From the NCBI GenBank assembly GCA_944363615.1, contig CALVUQ010000001.1, positions 44,691 to 108,690 on the forward strand: 64,000 bases of DNA, read 5' to 3'. Below the pieces are notes generated by a model. It was not told the origin of the DNA. It did no database searches and saw only the letters and a list, made by a program, of their open reading frames with translations. Made by a program: the position numbers and the translations under genes. This stretch comes from an uncultured Clostridia bacterium. GTDB lineage: Bacteria > Bacillota > Clostridia > Christensenellales > Pumilibacteraceae. This document shows positions 18,752-27,134 of this stretch, one piece after another. Each line of letters opens with the position of its first letter. Position 1 is the first letter of the stretch.

Positions 18752-19285
18752 TCAGAAATTGGGCGGGCAGCTCAGCCAGATTACGACCGCCTGACTTTTG
18801 CCCGTGTTTTCGATGTAATGCGTGCGGTCGCTGCGGAAATAAAAGCTTTCCCCTTCCCTTGCGTCGGCTTCGCGTTTACCGACATGCACTTTTATTCTTC
18901 CCTTAAGTACGTAACCGAATTCCTCGCCGTCGTGCGGAAGATCTTTTTGAGTCACGGCATGAGGCTCCAGCTCCATGCGGATGGGCTCCATCATATTTTT
19001 CTGCGCGGTGGGCACAAGCCAGGTAATCCTGACGTTTTCGCCCGTCTTTTCGAAATAGTCGTCCGCGCCGAACACCAGACTGTCGTCGCCCTCCGAAGCG
19101 AAAAAGTCGGCAAGCGTGCACCCCAGCGTCTGCAGGATATCCTTAAGCGTGGCGATGGACGGGCTTGTAAGGTCGTTTTCCAGCTGGGAAATATAACCTT
19201 TAGTAAGCTCGCACCGATCGGCAAGTTCCTCCTGCGTAAGCTGTTTTTTTAGTCTGAGTTCTTTGATTTTAAGGCCGATTTCCAT
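18752..19285 (-). CDS. XRE-family HTH plus cupin domain transcriptional regulator (PuuR-like)
   Basis: N-terminal HTH (LKIKELRLKKQLTQEELADRCELTKGYISQLEN) and a C-terminal cupin fold. First gene of the pot operon. Confidence 0.8.
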   Translation of the reverse strand: MEIGLKIKELRLKKQLTQEELADRCELTKGYISQLENDLTSPSIATLKDILQTLGCTLADFFASEGDDSLVFGADDYFEKTGENVRITWLVPTAQKNMMEPIRMELEPHAVTQKDLPHDGEEFGYVLKGRIKVHVGKREADAREGESFYFRSDRTHYIENTGKSQAVVIWLSCPPNF

Positions 19286-19456
19286 CGGATTTTTCCTCCC
19301 GTCGCAAGGATTAGTATTACCAAACCCCGCGTTTACAAGGTCACATAATAATAAACTTTTGGTTTAATTTTGCTAAACCTCGAATAGTTTATACGTTTTA
19401 CGGACAAATGTCAATCGTTTTAAGCATATTTTTTAGGGAATTTTACGTTTGCGCGC

Positions 19457-19486
19457 TTGTAATTATCCGAAAAAATATGCTATAAT
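19457..19486 (+). promoter_or_regulatory. sigma-A type promoter upstream of divIC
   Basis: TTGTAA, 18-nt spacer, TATAAT, with a TGc extended -10. Confidence 0.5.
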
Positions 19487-19520
19487 CATCTAAAGAATCG
19501 TTTTACGGGGTTTTTATTCA

Positions 19521-19799
19521 ATGGACAAAGTAAAACTAATGAAAATAATTACCGTTTCGGCAATAATATTTATTGCCGTTCTGGCGATTGCGCTTATCAT
19601 AAATCTGGTTAAGCTTTCCAACGTCAACAACAAAAAAGCCGCTTTGGAAAAGGAACTTACGGAAATTCAGCGCAAGATAGAGCAGAACAACAGCGAAATA
19701 GATTACATAACCACGGACGAATACATCGACCAGTACGCGCGCGAATACCTTAACATGCACGGAAAGGACGAGCAAGCTTTTACGGGCAGCGAAGACTGA
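19521..19799 (+). CDS. divIC: septum formation initiator (FtsB/DivIC family)
   Basis: N-terminal TM helix, then a coiled coil (KKAALEKELTEIQRKIEQNNSEI) and YIDQYAREYLNM, typical of DivIC/FtsB. Confidence 0.7.
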   Translation: MDKVKLMKIITVSAIIFIAVLAIALIINLVKLSNVNNKKAALEKELTEIQRKIEQNNSEIDYITTDEYIDQYAREYLNMHGKDEQAFTGSED

Positions 19800-20662
19800 T
19801 GGACGCGGTTATCGATATCGGAAGCAACTCGGTAAGGTTGCTTATCGACGAACATAAAAAAGTTGCGAAAAAAGACGTTCTGACCACTACTTTGGGCGAC
19901 GGGCTTGCCCTTACGGGTAAACTGAACGAAGAAGCAATGTTACGCACCGAAAAGGCGGTGACGGAGTTTGTGCAGAAGGCGCGCTCCTGCCGCGCAGACA
20001 ATATTTACATCTTCGGCACGGAAGCAATGCGCGCGGCGGAAAACGGTGTGGCTTTTAAACAAAGACTGGAAAAATCCACCGGACTGAAAGTAGACGTAAT
20101 AAGCGGCGAAACGGAAGCCAGACTGGGCCTTATGGGCGCGTTGTCCGATATGCCCGGCGGCGAAATCACCATAATAGACATCGGCGGCGCAAGCGTGGAA
20201 ATAGTTCGCGGCGACGAAAAAAGAATAACTTATCTTAAGTCCCTGCCTTTGGGCATGGTAAGGCTTATCGACCTTGCGGGCACCGTGCGCGAGGATATCG
20301 AACGTTACGTTAACGAACATATTTGCGAATTCGGTTTTGTCTGCGGCGTGGAGGCGGTGGCTATCGGCGGGACGGCGACGTCGCTTGCCTCGATGGATCT
20401 CAATCAAAAAACATACGATCCGTACGAAGTGCACGGACACGTGCTTACGCTGCACGCTTTAAAAAAGCTGACGGACAGGATTTTCGCGTCGAAGGATTTA
20501 CTTAAAGACTTCCCCTCTCTTCCCGAAAAACGCGCGCGGATTATAGGACACGGCGCAATCATGCTTACCGCCCTGTTGGAGTATCTGGGGCTGGAGCAGA
20601 CAACGGTTTCGGAACGCGACAACATGGAAGGCTACCTCTACTACACGGCAGGGAAAAAATAA
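19799..20662 (+). CDS. Ppx/GppA family phosphatase
   Basis: N-terminal DIGSNSVRLL and GTEAMRAA motifs of the Ppx/GppA (ASKHA) fold. Start overlaps the divIC stop (TGATG). Confidence 0.8.
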   Translation: MDAVIDIGSNSVRLLIDEHKKVAKKDVLTTTLGDGLALTGKLNEEAMLRTEKAVTEFVQKARSCRADNIYIFGTEAMRAAENGVAFKQRLEKSTGLKVDVISGETEARLGLMGALSDMPGGEITIIDIGGASVEIVRGDEKRITYLKSLPLGMVRLIDLAGTVREDIERYVNEHICEFGFVCGVEAVAIGGTATSLASMDLNQKTYDPYEVHGHVLTLHALKKLTDRIFASKDLLKDFPSLPEKRARIIGHGAIMLTALLEYLGLEQTTVSERDNMEGYLYYTAGKK

Positions 20663-20680
20663 AAGAGTTTTTAACGGAAC

Positions 20681-20716
20681 AAAACGCGTCTTTATATATA
20701 AAAAGGCGCGTTTTTA
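20681..20716 (+). terminator. rho-independent terminator
   Basis: Stem aaaacgcg / cgcgtttt followed by a T-run. Confidence 0.5.
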
Positions 20717-20863
20717 AATAGGTAAAAATTACAAGCGGACGCTTCGCATAAAAGAAAACGGCAGGTCAGATAATAGAACTAAGCAAGGAGGATGCTTGCC
20801 GTCGGTTTTAAGAGAAGGCGGGTGTCTTTCCCCGCTAATCTTAAAAAAGGAGATCTGGATAAA

Positions 20864-20986
20864 ATGGCTGCTACCAAGAATGCTAAGACTCAGTCTGCAA
20901 ACTCCAAGGCCACGGCGAAGACCACTTCCAAGGCTAACGGAAGCACTTCCGCCAAGGCGACCAAATCCGCTAAAAACTGCAAATAA
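20864..20986 (+). CDS. small basic low-complexity protein (40 aa, K/A/T/S-rich)
   Basis: SD aaggag lies 11 nt upstream of the ATG. The gene is bracketed by two terminators. Sequence: MAATKNAKTQSANSKATAKTTSKANGSTSAKATKSAKNCK. Confidence 0.35.
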   Translation: MAATKNAKTQSANSKATAKTTSKANGSTSAKATKSAKNCK

Positions 20987-21063
20987 GTTTTTATCGGGGA
21001 TTACGGTCCTGTTTTAAGGCAAGCGTTTTCCATATGACGTTTGATTAAACCGGACCCTTAAAA

Positions 21064-21105
21064 GAAAAGACACGGACTTAACCATAAGCCCGCGTCTTTT
21101 TTTTA
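21064..21105. terminator. bidirectional terminator (small ORF / tex)
   Basis: Stem aaaagacacgg / ccgcgtctttt (one mismatch) flanked by an A-run and a T8 run. Confidence 0.55.
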
Positions 21106-21180
21106 CGCGATTTTCTTATCCGTCAAAGTCGCATATTCACGCCCGAAGTTTTTTGTTAAATCGGGCGTAACAAATACGGC

Positions 21181-23505
21181 TTAACGGCGGTTGAATTTGT
21201 TTTTAAGCGCCTGAAGCATATCGTCAAGCGATTTTTCCTCTCTGTGCGGTTTAACGAACTTTTTATCATTTTTCCCGTTGTCGCGGCGGGGACGGCTGTC
21301 CGCTTTTTCCCTGCTTGCGCCGCCTTTAGGCGCCTGCGACACGAATCCGCTTGCCTGTTTTATGGAAAGGTTGATACGGTGTTTTTCCGCGTCCACGCCG
21401 ATAACCTTGACTTTTACGGTTTGACCCACGCTTAACGCCTCCGACGGGTGTTTGATGAAACGGTCGGAAATTTCCGAAACGTGCACAAGTCCGTCGTGAT
21501 GAACGCCTATGTCCACGAACGCGCCGAAGTCAATGACGTTGCGCACCGTGCCCGTAAGCTCCATCCCCTCCTTAAGGTCTTTGATGTCCATGAGGTCCGC
21601 CCTCAGCTGCGGGGGCGGAAGCAGGGTACGAATATCGCGGCCGGGCTTTAAAATCTCTTCCACGATGTCGTGAAGGGTCATTGCGCCCACGCCTAATTCC
21701 GCGGCTACTTTTTCCTCTCCGTCGGCGTTGATTTTGTCTTTAAGCGCGGAAATTTTACCCTCTTTCACGTCGGCATCGGTGTAACCGTACTTGGCAAGCA
21801 GTTTTTCGGCGGCTTCATAGCTTTCGGGGTGAACGCCCGTATTGTCAAGCACGTTTTCGCCGTCCTGAATACGCAGAAATCCCGCGCACTGCTCGAAAGC
21901 CTTGGGCCCGAGTTTGTTTACTTCCAGAAGCTGGCGGCGGCTGAGGAACGGGCTTTTTTTACGGTATTCCACTATGTTTTTGGCTATTGCGGTGTTAAGT
22001 CCCGCAACGAACGCCAGAAGGCTGTAAGAGGCGGTGTTAAGATCCACGCCTACGCTGTTGACGCAATCCTCCACTACGCCTTCAAGCACTTCGGTAAGGC
22101 GCTTTTGCGGCATATCGTGCTGATACTGACCCACGCCTATGGATTTTACGTCAATTTTTATAAGCTCGGCAAGGGGATCCATGAGTCTGCGCGCAATGGA
22201 AACCGCGCTTCTTACGGTGACGTCGTATTCGGGGAACTCCTCCGTGCCCAGCTTGCTTGCCGAGTAAACGGACGCGCCCGCCTCGTTGACCACCATGTAT
22301 TCCACTTTTCTCGGGCAGTCTTTGATAAGATCGGCGACGAAAATTTCCGATTCTTTGGACGCGGTGCCGTTGCCGATGGAAATGACGTCGACTTTATACT
22401 TATCGATAAGCTTAAGCATCGTTTTCTTCGCCTCTTCCGTCTTGTTCTGCGGCGGAGTGGGATATATTACCGTATGGTCAAGCACGTTGCCCGATTGGTC
22501 TATAACGGCGATTTTGCAGCCCGTGCGGTACGCGGGGTCCAAGCCTATGATAACTTTGCCCTTAAGCGGCGGCTGCATAAGAAGCGGCTTAAGATTGACC
22601 TCGAACATCTTTATGGCCTGTTCGTCAGCCTTGTCGGTAAGCTCGTTCCTCACTTCGCGTTCTATCGACGGGAATATAAGGCGCGCGTAACTGTCCTCTA
22701 TCGCCTCGGTCATGATAGAGTTGAACGCGCTGTCCTTTAAGAATTTCGCCTTGATGATGCCTACGGCGCGCTCGCTGTCCGCGTTAATCGAAACCTTAAG
22801 GCATTCCTCTTTTTCTCCGCGGTTAAGCGCAAGTATGCGATGCGACGGAAGCGTGGAAATTTTTTCCGAAAAATCCTTGTACATCTCGTAGGTGTTAAGC
22901 TTTTCCTTGTCTTCCTGCTTGTCGGAAAAAACGCTTACGATAAGTCCTTCTTTAAACAAGAACTCCCTTAACGCCTTTCTCGTTTCGGCGTCGTCGGAAA
23001 TACGCTCCGCTATTATATCCTTGGCTCCGGCAATTGCCTCTTCGGGGGTGTTGACTTCCTTTTCCGGATCTACGTACGCCGACGCAAGCGCCGTAATGTC
23101 GCACTCCTTTTGCTCCTGCGCGAAAATAACGTCCGCAAGAGGCTGAAGTCCCCTTTCGACGGCGACGGAAGCACGGGTCTTCTTTTTCTGTTTATAAGGT
23201 CTGTATATGTCCTCGACCTCGGTAAGCGTGACGGCTTTTTCAAGCGCGGCGGCAAGCTCGTCCGTCCATTTACCCTGTCCTTCGATTGAGGAACGCACTT
23301 CCTCTTTACGCGTTTCAAGGTTTTTAAGATAAGTCAGTCTGTCCGCAAAATCGCGCAAAAGCTCGTCGTTGCAGCCGCCGTGCATTTCCTTGCGGTAACG
23401 CGCGATAAACGGAATGGTGTTGCCTTCCTCGATAAGGTCGACGATGTTAGACGCGTATTTGGGAAGAAGTTTGAATTCTTCGCTTAATTGAGTTTTAATG
23501 TCCAT
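21181..23505 (-). CDS. tex: Tex-like transcription accessory protein (S1 RNA-binding domain)
   Basis: Tex N-terminal region (IPFIARYRKE), YqgF-like and HhH regions, C-terminal S1 domain (GTVRNVIDFGAFVDIG). ATG at 23505 is preceded by aaggaag. Confidence 0.9.
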   Translation of the reverse strand: MDIKTQLSEEFKLLPKYASNIVDLIEEGNTIPFIARYRKEMHGGCNDELLRDFADRLTYLKNLETRKEEVRSSIEGQGKWTDELAAALEKAVTLTEVEDIYRPYKQKKKTRASVAVERGLQPLADVIFAQEQKECDITALASAYVDPEKEVNTPEEAIAGAKDIIAERISDDAETRKALREFLFKEGLIVSVFSDKQEDKEKLNTYEMYKDFSEKISTLPSHRILALNRGEKEECLKVSINADSERAVGIIKAKFLKDSAFNSIMTEAIEDSYARLIFPSIEREVRNELTDKADEQAIKMFEVNLKPLLMQPPLKGKVIIGLDPAYRTGCKIAVIDQSGNVLDHTVIYPTPPQNKTEEAKKTMLKLIDKYKVDVISIGNGTASKESEIFVADLIKDCPRKVEYMVVNEAGASVYSASKLGTEEFPEYDVTVRSAVSIARRLMDPLAELIKIDVKSIGVGQYQHDMPQKRLTEVLEGVVEDCVNSVGVDLNTASYSLLAFVAGLNTAIAKNIVEYRKKSPFLSRRQLLEVNKLGPKAFEQCAGFLRIQDGENVLDNTGVHPESYEAAEKLLAKYGYTDADVKEGKISALKDKINADGEEKVAAELGVGAMTLHDIVEEILKPGRDIRTLLPPPQLRADLMDIKDLKEGMELTGTVRNVIDFGAFVDIGVHHDGLVHVSEISDRFIKHPSEALSVGQTVKVKVIGVDAEKHRINLSIKQASGFVSQAPKGGASREKADSRPRRDNGKNDKKFVKPHREEKSLDDMLQALKNKFNRR

Positions 23506-23651
23506 GGATGCTTCCTTGAATTTTATTAGCCCCACGTTTTACCGTGCGACCGTATAATTGTATAATATTTTGAAAAATAAAGCAAACGTTTTTTCCAAAA
23601 GTACATAATAGCTTTTTTGCCCGAATAATTATAATCGGAGGTATATATTCG

Positions 23652-23918
23652 ATGGAAAACGAAACAATAAAAAAACGCCATTCGTTAACGCTGGAAAACA
23701 GGGCAAAAGGCAGTATGACGGGAGTCAGCGAAGTGCTTTCCTACGGCGAAAACGAACTTTGTCTAAATACAAGCGAGGGGCTTTTGACGCTTACGGGCAA
23801 ACAGCTTAAAATTATAAAATACAATACCGAAGACGGCAGCCTGGCTTTTTCGGGCAGCGTGGACACCGTTAAATACAATGCCAAAAAACCGCCTCTTATC
23901 AAGCGTATCTTCAAATGA
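23652..23918 (+). CDS. yabP: sporulation protein YabP
   Basis: The pattern HSLTLENRAKGSMTGVSEVLSYGENELCLNTSEGLLTLTGKQLKI matches the YabP family. SD ggagg. Confidence 0.85.
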   Translation: MENETIKKRHSLTLENRAKGSMTGVSEVLSYGENELCLNTSEGLLTLTGKQLKIIKYNTEDGSLAFSGSVDTVKYNAKKPPLIKRIFK

Positions 23919-24247
23919 ACGAAACCGTTCTTTTCTTTCTGTGCGTTGCGGCGGGGTTATTTGCAAGGGCTTTGTTTATCCCCTTTCGCCCCTTGCTTAA
24001 AAAAAGCGGAACGGCTTTGACTTTCATCACCGATACCGTCCTGACTTTTCTGGGCGGCGTGCCTTTTGCCGCGCTTATATTTATTTTTAACGACGGAATC
24101 ATGCCGTACTTTGCGGTGGCGGCATTCGACACAGGACTTTTGCTGCCTTCGGCGTTTAAATTATTTAATTTCAAAAAGGCATTGCATTTAACTTTGTCAC
24201 AGCGTAAATCTTGCGATAACAATGCCGCAAAAGCGGAAGTTAAATAA
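23915..24247 (+). CDS. yabQ: spore cortex biosynthesis protein YabQ
   Basis: Small polytopic membrane protein. Its start overlaps the yabP stop (ATGA), the conserved yabP-yabQ arrangement. Confidence 0.7.
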   Translation: MNETVLFFLCVAAGLFARALFIPFRPLLKKSGTALTFITDTVLTFLGGVPFAALIFIFNDGIMPYFAVAAFDTGLLLPSAFKLFNFKKALHLTLSQRKSCDNNAAKAEVK

Positions 24248-24289
24248 AATAAACTAATAAATAATCTTTTGTTTTTATATCGGTTTTAC

Positions 24290-24319
24290 TTGATTTTGTC
24301 TCCTTTTTAAGGTTATAAT
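24290..24319 (+). promoter_or_regulatory. sigma-A type promoter
   Basis: TTGATT, 18-nt spacer, TATAAT. Confidence 0.5.
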
Positions 24320-24356
24320 TTATCTGACGTCAAGCACAATTTAAAAGGAGAAAGCA

Positions 24357-25235
24357 ATGAAAATCGGATTGATAACCGAAAATTTTCAGCAGCATTACGA
24401 GTGCGGTGAAATTTTTCACAAGCTTAAACAGATCGGTTACGACGGAGTGGATTACACGCTTAGCTTAACTTACAATAAACCCGAAGAAATTTTTTCAAAA
24501 CCACGCTCCGAATGGACAAAGTATTTTAAACATATAGCCGATGAATTGAAAAACAACGAAATGCTTACTTTTCAGACGCATGCAACCTTCCCTACGGATT
24601 TTGACGGCGCAAAACGCCTTACGGACTACACTCTTGACCAGTTCAGAAAGGAAATAGAAGCCACCGCCATTTTAAACAGCCCTTACATTGTCATCCACCC
24701 CATCAATATTGCGGTAAGGGAAAAAAACAAACAGCAGGACTTTGAAGTCAACATGGACGCTTTCGGCAAGCTTTTGCCCGTGCTGGAAGAATTCGGAGTG
24801 ACGCTGGGGGTCGAAAATATGTTCACATGGGATAGCCTGAGAAGATGCAACTGCCCAACCGGCTGCTCCTCCGCAGAAGACATGATTCGCTACATCGACT
24901 CAATGAATTCCGAACGTTTTAAGGCGTGTCTTGATACGGGACACATGCCGGTAAACTGTTTTTCTCCCGCGGAAGCCGTGAGAAAATTGGGAAAACGCCT
25001 TAAACTTTTGCACGTGCATGACAATTACGGTTTGTCCGACAATCACAACGCACCGGGCCAAGGCGCGATAGACTGGCATGACTTTGCCGCCGCGCTTAAG
25101 GAAACGGGATACGACGGAGCTTTTTGCATGGAAACTAGCTTCAGCACAGTAATGAAAATATCAACCGAACTTGGCTGGGAATACGCGAAATACGCCTACG
25201 CCGCTGCGAAAAAAATAGTCGAAATGGCGGAATAA
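24357..25235 (+). CDS. sugar phosphate isomerase/epimerase (xylose isomerase-like TIM barrel)
   Basis: GYDGVDY, HP-I, GVENM, DTGH and HVHDN motifs of the AP-endonuclease-2 / TIM barrel family. SD aaggag. Confidence 0.75.
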   Translation: MKIGLITENFQQHYECGEIFHKLKQIGYDGVDYTLSLTYNKPEEIFSKPRSEWTKYFKHIADELKNNEMLTFQTHATFPTDFDGAKRLTDYTLDQFRKEIEATAILNSPYIVIHPINIAVREKNKQQDFEVNMDAFGKLLPVLEEFGVTLGVENMFTWDSLRRCNCPTGCSSAEDMIRYIDSMNSERFKACLDTGHMPVNCFSPAEAVRKLGKRLKLLHVHDNYGLSDNHNAPGQGAIDWHDFAAALKETGYDGAFCMETSFSTVMKISTELGWEYAKYAYAAAKKIVEMAE

Positions 25236-25293
25236 TCCGGTTTACTTACTTCATCCGAAAAAATTATTACTTTGTAAAACTTTTAAAATGCAT

Positions 25294-25330
25294 AAAAAAA
25301 CGCCTTGGAAATATTACGAGGCGTTTTTTC
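25294..25330. terminator. bidirectional terminator
   Basis: Stem aaaaacgcct / aggcgttttt with a 13-nt loop, flanked by A and T runs. Confidence 0.7.
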
Positions 25331-25437
25331 ATTGTTTCTTATTGACAATCGTCTGTATTTGCGTTTAAGACAAAACTTTCCTGGCGCGTAAAGCTTAAAG
25401 CCTTTGTTGAATCTCGCTTTTGCCGACCATTACGGCG

Positions 25438-26265
25438 TTACCGCTTTATTTTACAATAAGCGTTGAAATACCTTTCACCCAAAGTAAAAAGAGCGTCGCG
25501 GCAAAAGTGCAGATCGTCGCCGTCCCCCACCTTTTGATTATTACTTTTAAGGTCGCTTGTTCCGACAAAACCGCCATTAAGCGTTTCACAGGTTTGCTTT
25601 ACGGCTTTAAGTACGGCGTCGCAAGCGGTCTTGTTTTTAAGATACCACTCTTCTGCAAACCCTCCCGCAACAAAAGGCAGACTTTCAAGCCCGAAAGTAT
25701 TTTTAAAATCCGAAAGCATTTCGGTCAGATTTTTATAATGAGTCAGATAACGCTTTTCGCTGTCCCGGGAGGGATTTTCCACCGAATCGCACTCCCCTTG
25801 ATGCCACAAAAAGGCGACAATCCGGTTTTCGGGGTTAAACGCCAGCGCTTTTTTTAACATGTTTACCAGTCTGACGTAAAGGATATTGCCCTTGCCCCAC
25901 TCTCCGCGCGCAAAACCCGTGCCGCCCACCGCGCCGTTTACTATCAGTATTTTGCGGTCGGACTTCAGAAACTTTTCCGCGTAACAGCGGGCGAACGACA
26001 AAGCAAGATTCCCCCTTTTTCCACATTGGTTTTGCGGCTCTTCCGCGACAGACACACAGTCGCGCGCGGGATAATTAAACACAAGACGGCTTTTGTCGCC
26101 TGTTTTTACAAAATGCGGCGAAGAGTCGTCGTTCATCAAAAGAATACGCTTGTCGGGAATGTAATCTGATGCGTCGCCTTTCCCGTTGCCTTCTGCGTTG
26201 GATTGCCCGGCAAGGACAATGACGTCCAGTTTTTCGTCTTTGATTTTATCGGTTAAATCATTCAT
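25438..26265 (-). CDS. SGNH-type carbohydrate esterase (sialate O-acetylesterase-like)
   Basis: VIVLAGQSNAEGNG catalytic-serine motif and WHQGE..D motif of the DUF303 / sialate O-acetylesterase family. Confidence 0.7.
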   Translation of the reverse strand: MNDLTDKIKDEKLDVIVLAGQSNAEGNGKGDASDYIPDKRILLMNDDSSPHFVKTGDKSRLVFNYPARDCVSVAEEPQNQCGKRGNLALSFARCYAEKFLKSDRKILIVNGAVGGTGFARGEWGKGNILYVRLVNMLKKALAFNPENRIVAFLWHQGECDSVENPSRDSEKRYLTHYKNLTEMLSDFKNTFGLESLPFVAGGFAEEWYLKNKTACDAVLKAVKQTCETLNGGFVGTSDLKSNNQKVGDGDDLHFCRDALFTLGERYFNAYCKIKR

Positions 26266-26420
26266 AAAATCACCCGATTAAAACAAGCGTAAATTACGCA
26301 AACACGGCTTTGTTGCCAAAAAAGTCTGACGGCGGGAAATTTTCTTTCTTCATCCAAATAATAAGCGGACAGATAACTGTTTTCGTCCGATTCGGAATTG
26401 TTAACGGCGAAAGCGCGCTT

Positions 26421-26882
26421 TCATTTCTGCCCGAAAAAATCGTGCTGGCGAAGTGCCTCGTAAAGAATTATCGCGACCGAGTTTGAAAGATTAAGCGACC
26501 TGAGCGCCCCGTACATGGGTATGCGGACCGCCCTTTCGTAATGTGCAAAAATAAGGTCTTCGGGAAGGCCTTTCGTCTCTTTTCCGAAAAGAATAAAGCA
26601 GCCGTCGGGGTAAACGACGTCGGTATAAGCCTTATCCGCCTTTGTGGTAGCGTAAAAGAAAGTCCCGTCCGCGTTTTTTCGGAAAAAATCGTCGAGATTA
26701 TCGTAATAAACTATTTCCACCTTGTCCCAGTAATCCAGCCCCGCGCGGCGCAAAGCTTTCTCGCTTACGTCAAAGCCCAAAGGTTTTACTAGATGCAGTT
26801 TTGTCGCGGTACAAGCGCAGGTTCGGGCGATGTTACCCGTGTTCTGCGGGATTTCGGGCTCCACAAGTACGACGTTAAGCAT
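26421..26882 (-). CDS. trmL: tRNA (cytidine/uridine-2'-O)-methyltransferase TrmL
   Basis: SpoU/TrmH knot motifs (IPQNTGNIARTC, LFGKETKGLP, IPM..RSLNLSNSVAI). 153 aa. Confidence 0.85.
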   Translation of the reverse strand: MLNVVLVEPEIPQNTGNIARTCACTATKLHLVKPLGFDVSEKALRRAGLDYWDKVEIVYYDNLDDFFRKNADGTFFYATTKADKAYTDVVYPDGCFILFGKETKGLPEDLIFAHYERAVRIPMYGALRSLNLSNSVAIILYEALRQHDFFGQK

Positions 26883-27118
26883 TAAAGCAGGTCCTTGGGG
26901 TCGTACTTCGGGGCTTTATAGAGCACAGCCTTTTTATCGGTGATTTCGCGTTTGAACTCGTCCTGCCACTCTACGGGAGTAAAATCCTCTATGGTGACGG
27001 AAACGTGTGTGTCCGATACGCCCAAAGTTTTAATCAAAGCTTCGCTGAGTGCGGCGGAAAGACGTTTTTTCTGCTCCTCGGTTCTGCCTTTCAGCATTTT
27101 TACGGATATATGCGGCAT
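26882..27118 (-). CDS. 4-oxalocrotonate tautomerase family protein
   Basis: MPHISVKMLKGRTEEQKKRL carries the catalytic Pro-1 and the tautomerase beta-alpha-beta pattern. Confidence 0.8.
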   Translation of the reverse strand: MPHISVKMLKGRTEEQKKRLSAALSEALIKTLGVSDTHVSVTIEDFTPVEWQDEFKREITDKKAVLYKAPKYDPKDLL

Positions 27119-27134
27119 AGTGTAATGCTCCTTT

